A stretch of 64,000 nucleotides of DNA from Neoechinorhynchus agilis (lineage: Eukaryota; Animalia; Acanthocephala): contig CM121341.1 of assembly GCA_051530055.1 (NCBI GenBank), positions 19,198,784-19,262,783 on the forward strand, in the 5' to 3' direction. A program made the translations under genes and the position numbers. The number at the start of each line of letters is the position of its first letter. Within the stretch, counting starts at the first letter, position 1. The notes beneath the pieces were generated by a model that worked only from the letters and a program-made list of their open reading frames with translations, made no database searches and was not told the DNA's origin. Below, piece by piece: positions 38,848-49,401 of the stretch.

Positions 38848-41774
38848 TTAAATACCAACCAACAACACTAACAAGCGCTAAACCGTACCTAAATGCGATA
38901 TGACCACTTATTTGCATATTGAAAGTTACGTACCATGTTAGAATATAACCCAAATGATTATCCGGCAGATCGAATCGAATTTGACCCGCTAATGGACCAC
39001 CCAGCACATCGCATCCTTAAGACATATTTTAGCCTAGAATTTGCATTATTGCACACCTTCTTCGGCCGTCACCAATATATTTTCGGTATCAGCATGCTCC
39101 GCCATTTGACCAACAATCTTCTGACACCAATGGTTTCTCTTCGGAGAGTTCATATTCAGTATAGAATACTGCAAAATTTGATAAAAAAATTAAGTTTTTG
39201 CAGGATCCAACCGTTTCAGATGGGGTTACATATCCGATGATCGTAGAAGGGCGAGGTCCTTCTGCGCATAAATTCTTCATGTTCATGGGCACAAATCCGC
39301 GATTGACTAAAATACGGCGATTCTTTGTTTTACTGTAGTCAGCGCTAGATCAATATAAGTTGAATCATTCTGCCCTTACCCAGGAAGGTTTGGATATGAT
39401 AGTTCGAATGGGGTGATCACATGAACTCCAACGGAGCGAATATTCTTATCTGGCCAGTGTTTTTTAGCTGCTTGATTACCCAATATATTTGCTCGAGATT
39501 CAAGTAGTATCTGTCGCTGATGATCGAAAGTTCCGGTGCATTTGACTTTTGTGTACAAGGGAATACTTTCGATCGATTGATTTCTAAATGAATCCGTAGA
39601 TCAAAAGTGAATTCGTTGAACCTACAAAAAGACGCATGAGAAAATAGGAAAATCGTCTTCGGCAAAAATACTGTCATCACGCAAAAAATTAGTATCTGAC
39701 GCTGATGATCGAAAATTCCGGTGCATTTGACTTTTGGGTACAAGGGAATACTTTAGATCGATTGATTTCTAAATGAATCCGTAGATCAAAAGTGAATTCG
39801 TTATACCTACAAAAAGACGCATGAGAAAATAGGAAAATCGCCTTCGTCAAAAATACTGTCATCACGCAAAAAATTGGTATCTGACGCTGATGATCGAAAA
39901 TTAAGGTGCACTTGACTATTGTGTGCAAGGGAATGCTTACGATCGATTGATTTCTAAATGAATCCGTAGATCGAAAGTGAATTCATTAATCTTACAAAAA
40001 GACGCATAAGAAAATAGGAAGATCGTCTTCGGCAAAAATACCGTCATCACGCAAAAAAATTGGTATCTTATGCGGATGATCGAAAATTCCGGTGCATTTG
40101 ACTATTGTGTACAAGGGAATACTTTCGATCGATTGATTTATAAATGAATCCGTAGATCGAAAGTGAATTCATTAATCCTACAAAAAGACGCATAAGAAAA
40201 TAGGAAAATCGTCTTCGGCAAAAATACAGTTATCACGCAAAAAATTGGTATCTGACGCTGATGATCGAAAATTCCGGTGCATTTGACTATTGTGTACAAG
40301 GGAATACTTTCGATCGATTGATTTCTAAATGAATCCGTAGATCGAAAGTGAATTCATTAATCCCACAAAAAGACGCATAAGAAAATAGGAAAATCGTCTT
40401 AGGCAAAAATACTGTCATCACGCAAAAAAATTAGTATCTGACGCTGATGATCGAAAATTCTGGTGCATTTGACTTTTGTGTACAAGGGAATACTTTCGAT
40501 CGATTGATTTCTAAATGAATCCGTAGATCAAAAGTGAATTCGTTAATCCTACAAAGAGACGCATAAGAAAATAGGAAAATCGTTTGGCAAAAATACTGTC
40601 ATCACGCAAAAAATTAGTATCTGACGCTGATGATCGAAAATTCTGGTGCATTTGACTTTTGTGTACAAGGGAATAATTTCGATCGATTGATTTCTAAATG
40701 AATCCGTAGATCGAAAGTGAATTCATTAATCCTACAAAAAGACGCATAAGAAAATAGGAAAATCGTTTGGCAAAAATACTGTCCTCACGCAAAAAAATTG
40801 TATCTGACGCTAATGATCGAAAATTCTGGTGCATTTGACTTTTGTGTACAAGGGAATACCTTCGATCGATTGATTTCTAAATGAATCCGTAGATCAAAAG
40901 TGAATTCATTAATCCTACAAAAAGACGCATGAGAAAATAGGAAAATCAACTTCGGCAAAAATACTGTCATCACGCAAAAAATTGGCATCTGACGCTGATG
41001 ATCGAAAGTTCCGGTGCATTTGACTTTTGGGTACAAGGGAATACTTTCGATCGATTGATTTCTAAATGAATCCATAGATCGAAAGTGAATTCATTAATCC
41101 TACAAAAAAGACTCAAAAGAAAATACGAAAATCGTCTTCGGCAAAGATACTGTCATCACGCAAAAACAATTACCGAAAATCATACGGGTTGTTGTTGTTT
41201 CCGCAGAGCGCAGCAATTTCCAATCGAAATGTCTACGGCGGACTTTTCAGAGACTTTTTTGGAAGACAACATTCGACAGTGTCATTACATGCATAATCAG
41301 GAAACACTTTTTTAAAATTGTAAAGAAATTAATCATTATTGTTTCAATTTCAATTAGCGATATTCACTCAGAAATAGATTTATATTGAAAATTGTCGGCC
41401 TTTTCGTTGGCCTTCTTCAGTCAGATTACTTTGGGGAGGAAAATTCGTGATTATAAATCTATTTCTGAGTGAATATCGCTAATTGAAATTGAAACTTTTT
41501 TAAAATTCAAGTTTTCACGGAACTCCAGAAATGTTATCGCTTTGGAAAAATGGAAGTTACTTTACAATTTTATGGTGAATTAAACTTACTCCATGAGAGA
41601 TAAAAGATCCACGGGCTGTGAATATCGCCATTTTTCAATTTGCTCCAAAAGATCATGTTTCCATTTGTGGCGCCGTATCTGCCAATTTCCAAGAAGAGTA
41701 AAAGTCGTAACGGGAACCACGAGCGTCACCAAAGACCCAGGTGAAAGCCACTTTGCTTTTAAAGGATATACCAT
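38848..41774 (-). CDS. SURF1: SURF1 cytochrome c oxidase assembly factor; exons 41774-41590, 39583-39380, 39332-39212, 39168-39057, 39015-38934, 38888-38848
   Basis: TFTLLGNWQIRRHKWK, VKCTGTFDH, GVHVITPF, ILVNRGFVP, GGPLAGQ, NHLGYILTWYGL; all five GT-AG junctions are phase-compatible (introns of 2006, 47, 43, 41 and 45 nt). Confidence 0.93.
39507..41165. repeat. Tandem array, 183-186-bp unit, nine copies, made of the SURF1 intron-1 3' end plus the start of exon 2
   Basis: Marker positions 39517, 39702, 39887, ~40073, 40258, 40444, 40627, 40810, 40995; minus strand of each unit reads ...catttag|AAATCAATCG...YxxVKCTGxFDHQRQ. Confidence 0.95.
41341..41495 (-). mobile_element. 44-bp perfect inverted repeat enclosing a mutated hammerhead-like core
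   Basis: Arms 41341-41384 and 41452-41495; the 67-bp spacer on the minus strand reads tga-CTGAAGA-a-GGCC-aacgaaaa-GGCC-GACA-attttca. Confidence 0.7.
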
Positions 41775-42069
41775 TTAAAAGAATGATCAAACGACGAACT
41801 TATCCGAATTATATAGGATTCTTTCATCTCCTGGAACAATCATGCTAAAGACTTGGGAATCTGTTCTTCAAATTCTCAATCGTACATTTGGGAGTTCCGC
41901 TCGCTCTATCTCACAGTATTTCTTAACTTCCATTATTGTAATTTTAACGAGTCTGAACAACATGGATTCCGATCGCCTTGGCATATTTTTTGTTCGAGAA
42001 ACCATAAATAATCTTCAAAAATTGTCGAGCTTAGGTTTTTGTTAATGTGCGATGGATTACAGGTATACA

Positions 42070-44365
42070 AATGAATCTTTTCGTTAGTTTTTATGTAGCC
42101 CTAAGACCACACACCCCTCCGCCCCGTTTCTCTCAAACGTCGGTCTTCAGCCACACAATTTTTCCATCGCTTTCTCAGCCTTCCGCGATCCATTCGATTT
42201 TCATTTCCTAAACTTTTCGAATGAATCGATTCGGCTCTTCACGTTTCACCATATCGCTCCATTGGATCCTTCGTTTCGCGATAGCTTCCTTCACGTCTTC
42301 CACCTTCGCTGAGCCCCGGACCGCATTATTTGGGATCATCTCTTGCCTGGTCACCCCACACATCCACTTCATCATGTTCAATTCGGCTCCCTGCATTCGC
42401 TTGATGTGATTGGCAGTGGTGTTCAATGTTAGTGACTACAAACAAATAAGTGCTCAAAACTGAACCTTGATGCAATCGTACGTTCACCGAGGAGCTATTC
42501 GTATCACCAACTGGCGTGCTTATATTCACTTTGCTCTGCCTGTACATGCCCTGAATTGTGGTGATATAAGTCTCGGGCAGAGTTTTCTTCTAAGACAGTT
42601 CCATACCAGTTTTCTAGGGACAGTATCATAGGCCTTTTCGAGATCGATGAACACGCTGTGCATTTCCCATCGTTTTTCATGACATTTTTCATATAACTGA
42701 CGTAACGCAAATACAGCTTCAGTACTACCCCTGCCGGACATAAATCCTTTCTGCTCCTCTGATATGGACATTTCGCTCCCCAGGCCTTGATCGATTATCC
42801 TTTCGTATAGCTTCATCGTGTGGCTCGACAATTTGATTCCTCGATAGCTTGAACAAACTCTAACATCTCCTCTCTGTTTGTATATCGGTACCAGCGTGGT
42901 CTGCCTCTATTACTCTGGCATCTTTTCCGTAGTAACTATTCGCCGGAAGAGATTTGTTAATAGTGGAACAGCATCAACTTAAAGCACTTTCCAGACCTCT
43001 ATGGGTATTTCGTTTGGGCCCGTCGCTTTCCCGTTTTCATCTTGGAAAGTGCTGTTTCAATTTGACCTCTGATATTGCGTTGACTAATCCTTCGTTAGGT
43101 TCGTGCACTCTTTCTACCCCATTCTTACTGTTCAGCAGTTGATCAAAGTATTCTCTCCACCTTTCTTTAACTTCTTTTTATTCGCTCAAAATGTTCCCAT
43201 CCTTGTCCTTAATTTGCTTTACCGTCGTAATGTCCTGCGATCCTTGATCTTCGCCACTTTGAACACATATGACATTGTTTTGTCTTCTTGCAGATTTAAT
43301 CCACCATCTGTTCGTATCCTCAATGTCGTGATTTAGAATGCAAATGACCTTCTTGAATTCCTCACGATATGGAGTTTAATCAAGTCGCCACCATTTGATT
43401 TTACTAGGCATCCTGTATTTGCGCCGTTTGATGTTCTTGATCTCCAGGTCCATGTACAGTAAAGGGTGTTTCGAAGCGCATGTCTCTCCAGGTATAGTTT
43501 TTACGGTTTTCACTTCTCTCAATTTTTCTTGTGGATAGAGGATATAATCGATTTGAGTTTTCCTCCCGCCGCCGATGTTGTAAGTCACAAGTTATCGTTC
43601 TTCTTTCTTAAAGTAAGTGTTGGTGATCCGAAGTTTATTTGCCAACGCAAAGTCCAAAATGTTTTCACTTCTACCGTGTGCTTGACACCAGCTCGAGTTT
43701 TCCGCGCCATTATGACCGTTGAGGTCTCCACATATTATACATCTTTCCTCCTTGATTTCATGGACCACATCATATAGATCTTCTCAAAACTGGTCTTTCT
43801 CCTGCTGCGTGAGTCCAGCTTATGGGGCATAACAAGAAACGATCACCAAGCATTGCCCTCCAAGATCCATCTGCATCCACATTATCCTATCACTTTTCCT
43901 ATAGACTTCTAAGACTCCATCTGCATGTTTATCACTCAAGACAATTCCAACTCCATTTCGATCAGAAGATGAACCATTATAAAATAGTTTGAAGCCGTCT
44001 CCAAGATCCCGTGCTTTGGCTCCTTTCCATTTCAGCTTCTGGGAACACATAGACATTCAATCCTCATTCTCTTCATCATATGCACTATTTCCATCGATTT
44101 ACCCGTCATTGTCCCGACGTTTAAAGATCCAACTTTCAGTTTTCGTTCGCGTTTGGGTCTTTGTCCATTTGATAATTTATTCACAGAGATCGGACCAGTT
44201 CTTTGTGCATCGCATACAGGGTACGCCCTAATCCTTCTTTGTGTGTTTGTTATACCGCTCAATTTTGATTTTTATTGGTGCAAGGTTTTATGGTCGGATG
44301 CCATTCCTGGCACCAGCCCTCTTCATTTATCCGGGCTCGGGACTGGCACCGAGTTTCCTCGGCCA
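42070..44365 (-). mobile_element. Decayed RTE-clade LINE (APE + RT) with intact 5' region and an internal RT deletion
   Basis: KVGSLNVGTMTG, KWKGAKAR, NGVGI, SCYAP, KTQIDYIL, TIPGETCASKH, YRGIKL, FIDLEKAYD, LHQGSVLS, AELNMMKWMCGVTR; many frameshifts; 3' boundary approximate. Confidence 0.9.
44313..44364 (-). ncRNA. Twister ribozyme (P1 type) 3' portion at the RTE 5' end
   Basis: GC-CGAG-GAAA-CUCG-G-UGCCAGUCCCGAGCCCGGAUAAA-UGAA-GAGGG-CUGG; 21 of 23 positions match the recalled twister core UGCCGGUCCCAAGCCCGGAUAAA; 5' strands of P1/P2 absent. Confidence 0.75.
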
Positions 44366-44367
44366 TA

Positions 44368-44520
44368 ACATAAATGATTTATTTGAAATATTTCACGAGG
44401 TAGCCTCGCATCATCAGTCATTGTTTAAGTGTTTTATTGAACCACAATTCTAATTTGATTATGCCGAAGGATTTTATATCGATGATTTAAGCGAATTTTT
44501 CTGTTCAACTTTAATGAGCT
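44368..44520 (-). ncRNA. Intact-looking hammerhead-like core with an adjacent inverted Penelope-like remnant
   Basis: Minus strand: atga-CTGATGA-t-GCGAGG-cta-CCTCGT-GAAA-tatttca (44417-44385); plus strand 44440-44480 accacaattctaa...ccgaaggatttt is the downstream part of the same family. Confidence 0.65.
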
Positions 44521-45128
44521 TTGTAAACTCTTCCATCTCGTCTCTCAGTGATATCAGCTGCTTTGTCATCCAACGACGTCTTCGTTATCAAGGACTACGA
44601 GAGCTTTATCGCCAAAACATATTCGCGAATGTTGATAAAAAAAGAACTCATTGCAACCTTTCTAGATTTCGTATTATGTCGTTTTTACTGTCAAAATCTG
44701 TTATTTGTCTAAAGTGTACATAATCGTGTCCATTCATCAAAATTGAAGCTTGTGAATAGTGCCGTTTTTTACATATTTGTCTTTACACTTCTAGTAGCTC
44801 TACTTGGTCAGAGTTCAACAAGTATCACCAAAGTCGAATCAATTTCGACAGTGCAAATAATGGCCAACAAACTATTTATGAACCGCAAACACCTCTTTTT
44901 AATTTACGTTTTTAATGATGCCTAAGCTTCCCTGGTGCACATTTGAGTATCGCAAATTAACGATGCCATTTGGAAATTTTTGACTGCGCGAATTTGACGG
45001 AATTTGTCGCTTAGTTTTTCGAGTTACTGTGACCATCGGAAAAGCGAATGCGATGGATCGAACTTCTGTACGTTTCCAACAAGGATCTTTTTTGCTTATA
45101 GAGAACCTTCTTTTAACCGGCAAAGACA

Positions 45129-46080
45129 ATGGAGAACAAGTCAAATTCATCGCTCAATCACGAGGAAAACAACGGTCTAAACATTGACGAGGAAGATGAC
45201 GACCTTCGCCTCTTGCTGTCGGCAAATAATGCTGACGCGGAAGTTCAGAAGGAAAAAGAATGGTCGTCATACGTCAGTAGCAGAATATCTTCAGCTTTCC
45301 AAAGACGATCTTCGTCATCAACCTCTTGGTCATCTAGCGCATCTTCCTCATCCAACACACACTGGCTCACAAGATACTATAGTTGTCTTGTTTGTGAATC
45401 ATTGTGATAGCTCACAGCATCGATCGACCTGCACTTCCAGCGATCCAAGCCATATGCAGTCGTATACCGAACAATTCATGAGACTTCAACCGGATCTTAA
45501 TGGAGTACTTAATCGTGATCAGGCTCTTGAATTCTTTTCAAAATCAAATATGCCCATGGAAGAGATTGAGACGATTTTTAAACTTGCGGACAATGATCGG
45601 GACAACTGTCTAAATCTCGAGGAATTTGTGTTAGCAATGCACATGATTGTGGCAAGCATGAAACAATCCGAGCGGTATGGAATGGATAGCAGCGATAGCG
45701 GAGAAACTGACGCAGGACGAGAAAGTCCTGTTCTTGAGCTGTCCAATTTTAGTTCTGAAATTAGTACTGATCGGATTAATGCAGGAACTCTTCATGCACC
45801 TAAGCCTATCAGATCCGACTTTCCATTCAACGATCAGCACCATAAGATAGACCCCTTTGATTTCAGTGAACTCGAAGTGCTTTTGGAAAAGGCCGATGAT
45901 CATAATGAGCTAATCGCTAGGGCAATCGAATCAGTGAAAGACGATCCAATAGCAATCGAGGAACTTACAATACGGCAAAATGAATTTAATTCCGAATTGG
46001 CGAATGCCGTCAGGCAATGGAATCACGTTTTTGTCAAATTTGCCGAATTTTCAATTGAAAGCAAAGCTCGTAGAGAATAA
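45129..46080 (+). CDS. EH-domain protein, REPS1/2-like; 5' exon junction unresolved
   Basis: YTEQFMRLQPDLNG...FFSKSNMP...IFKLADNDRDNCLNLEEFVLAMHMIV (EH/EF-hand domain) and a C-terminal coiled coil ending NSEL. Confidence 0.75.
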
Positions 46081-46599
46081 CGATTGTAAAAGAGTAAAAT
46101 CTAGGATATCACCATGGTCATTTTTCGGCAGCTCCTAAAAACAGTCATAAAAATGTGTGCTACTTGAAATTCCGCTTTCGTAGCCTCGTACCAATCGTAA
46201 ATTTCACAAAATAATAAAGTAGAATCCGTTCCGGCGGCTGTGGTTATTCCAATTATTTAATTGCGTTCCTTCAGTTCTGAACTTCCATAAATCAAGCTTG
46301 AAAAAACAGTGGTATTCCATCCTAGGGGTTGTACATTTTTGTCTTAGGTGGTAAACCTCGATAATGAAGTTATCCGACGAAATACTGGAAATAAATTAGT
46401 CACATAAAAGAGATGTTTGTACTCTAAATGTATGCACTGTAATTGTTCTTATTGATCAGTCATTTGACGAATCTAACGAAATAGGATTAAGGTTGTGAGT
46501 CAGAGTTCAGAAACCTAGAATCAAATAGACTCGCGGTTAAATCTAGCTTGCAGTGCCGATGTGTATTATGAAAGGGGGCATTTAAATGATTAAATTAAC

Positions 46600-47490
46600 A
46601 ACATACACTTAAAGGTTTAATCACCGAGAGAGAAAATCCTTCGTGATAATAGAGTTAGAATTGTGGTAAGCATACTCCCGAGCATGACATATTTAATAAT
46701 AAATACACGTTTTATTTAAAAGAAGATCAAGTCACCGAGCCTAGTACCTTAGGTATCCAGTGAATCTTCTACTAAGTTGACTTTGGTTTGTTTATTGTTA
46801 GTTGTTGTTTTCCGTTCTTTCCTCCGAATAGATTCGCAGTTGGAGGATTGAGCGGTTGAGAAAAAAGACCGGAAGTAGAGATTTGTGCGACGAAATGAAT
46901 GATGGAAAATGTTGGGGCGACGCGAGCGCTGTAAGGGGGTAGTAAAAGGCGAAATGTGTGATAAAAATTGAAGAGGCGGAAGAGCATCGAGGCCCTTTGA
47001 GTGCTTTTGAAAGATTGGAGAGAGGTGTTATTCTAAGGGCACGAGTTCGGAGGAGCAGATTATAGCGCACGTCGTGTGAAAAGTATTAACTTTTGTGAAT
47101 AGTTTAGAAGAAAAATTTCAGAAGGTTGGACTTGTGTAGGTGAGCGTTGGTTAGGATGGCGGAGTACTTAAGGTCTTTGGATGATAATCCAAGGAATCGG
47201 AGGCGCTTAAGAAGATAGAGCTTAATGGACCCCTTGCGCGACAAGATTGATATGTGCTTGCCCCACTTTAGATTTTCTTGAAAATGAAGACCGCGTATAC
47301 GAACAGAGGAGAGACGATTGATAGGAAAAGGAAAAAGTGGCTGATTGGAAGGGCTATTTGAGATTGAGGGGACGATTTCAAAGCACTTGGTTAAGGATAA
47401 GACATTTAGAGGAGTTAAATGCTTGAACGTGAGAAATCTCGTTAGAAATATTTCACGAAGTAACCTCGCCTCACCATTCATTGTAAAATT
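46600..47490 (-). mobile_element. Penelope-like repeat remnant split by an L2/CR1-like RT 3' fragment (~46730-47440)
   Basis: Degenerate core ATGGTGA-g-GCGAGG-tta-CTTCGT-GAAA-tatttc at 47477-47445; family sequence resumes near 46710 (cgggagtatg..accacaattctaa..cgaaggatttt); insert encodes LKWGKHISILSRKG..LYLLKRL. Confidence 0.7.
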
Positions 47491-47871
47491 GTTATATCCA
47501 CAATCGAACATAAACCTTTGCTAAAAAAGAAACCTGCCTGATTAAAGCGCATAATGGAGGTCTCTTCGAAACGCGATAAAACGAGACAAATGTTGTTTGA
47601 AACGGGTAAAAAGCCGAAGCTATTTTTTTGTAAGGAGGAAACCACATAAGAATGTCAAAATACGATTCTCGTTCGATTCGTTCTAATACGTCACTGGCAA
47701 CGCATCATGAAAAGAAAGAAGCACTAAAAATCAAAGTTTCCGCATTGATGCGTCGGTGGTGACAGGTCTTTTAAAAGACATTAGAGCCATTCATATCCGT
47801 TGTTTTAAAAGGTTCGATTCTTTTTATTTGTGTCTTTTTTTAATCCGTGGAGTAGAGGGTTCTGAACACCA

Positions 47872-48868
47872 TTGGCCATTTCGTTACAGATGAGCTTCCA
47901 CAATTTTACGAATCAAATCACAGTACGCGATACAGTAATAAAGGGTAGCCTGTCTACTGGAATCGTTATACTCTTTAACAATGGACTCGTCTATATTAAG
48001 TCATTGCGCAAATATCCCCTTCCTTTCAGTGATGTTCAATGTTTTGATTATCAGTATCCGTTCCTTGTCATGGGCACATCTAGGAAGTTCGTAATATTAA
48101 TGGAAGTGCACGATGATTGTCGATGGACTTTCAATGGTTTTGCTCAACTTGAAAAGCGCCCTAAATTATTTGCTATTTCCTCTAACTTTGCGGTTTGTCT
48201 AAATTCCGTAGGAGAAATTCTGTTATTTAACATGTCTGATTTTCAAAAGAAATCCATTGTTACGGGCAATTTCAGTCTCGTTACCGATATGATTTTGATC
48301 AGCATCGGAACTATTAGCAGGTTGTTTACTTGCGACATCGATTTAAAAGTAAAGATATCGCAATTTCCCGAATGTTATGACATTGAGTGGATTGAACTCG
48401 TCAAAAAGCCGGATAGTAAAAATATTGATTATGTCGCAAGTATGTTTGTCGATGTTTACCGAAATAAGTTGAGGCTCTTTTGTGGTCTACGTACACGAAG
48501 GACGGCTGTCACGGAATTTTTATAAGCGACAGCCGTTCATGCCTAGAGGTGAGTGTTACTCCTATGAATATGAATTGAAGGTTTCTGGGATCCATTCATC
48601 TAATGTGTCGAAACGAATACAGTTCAATCTTACAAAATCTTCACTGGTCGAAAAGATCCTTGCAATGGACGAAAGTGTCTTTGTTATCACCTCGGATGAT
48701 GAGTTGATTGAGTGGCAAAACGGAACTATACGAACAATCGGAAGGAATGTCAAGGATGTCTGTTTGGACGCTTCAAAAGACGGAACATTGATAGTATTGG
48801 ACGTCAATCAAATGATTGGATCATTGGATAGAACACGGGAATTACAGGTGCTTTCGACGGCTGAATAG
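47872..48868 (+). CDS. WDR4: tRNA (guanine-N7)-methyltransferase non-catalytic subunit (Trm82/WDR4-like); exon structure not fully resolved
   Basis: LEKRP..., GNFSLVTDM, FTCDIDLKVKISQFPECYDIE parallel the Trm82 pattern KRP, GH.S.LTD, TCDRDEKIRVS.YP...IE. Confidence 0.7.
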
Positions 48869-49401
48869 ATATTGAAGAAAAGTGAAATAGTGTGTTTCCT
48901 TATTAATTTTGCATATATTTTTCTTTTAAGTAAAGACACCGAAATCCTCATGGTTTAATGAGATCTACTATCTCTCAAAGAGATCTCCAAACTTCATACA
49001 TTCTAAGAAATTAGATTCTAAATGATTTTAAACTGCGGTTTTTATAACGCCTGCATCGCTGCCTTTTCAATATATCCAATACACATTGTCCGATTCGGCC
49101 CGCGTCGATAATTGTCACTACTGTGAAAATGAATGCACCAGGAATGACATGTATATTCTGAATATGTGTCCTACGATCAGTAAGCTCTTGTCGTGTACAG
49201 GAGTATCGGTATGTTTTCCTGGTATTTGTATGTTTTGGAAACAAGGAATCTGGATATGCCTACTTCATAAACGTGACGAACTATCGAGTTCATCAAACTG
49301 TACAGTCAATCCCTCGCATAGATCTCTACCCTTTCCTTTTAGGGTTAAGGTGCGAGTTTAAAAGAATTATTTAATGGTTAATCGAACTTGAACTTACCGG
49401 A

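Noticed and set aside
39507-41165. CTGATGA-TC-GAAA in every 185-bp unit as a tandem hammerhead (retrozyme) array
   Set aside because: It is the antisense of the SURF1 codons for F-D-H-Q; there is no stem II and no properly placed cleavage triplet
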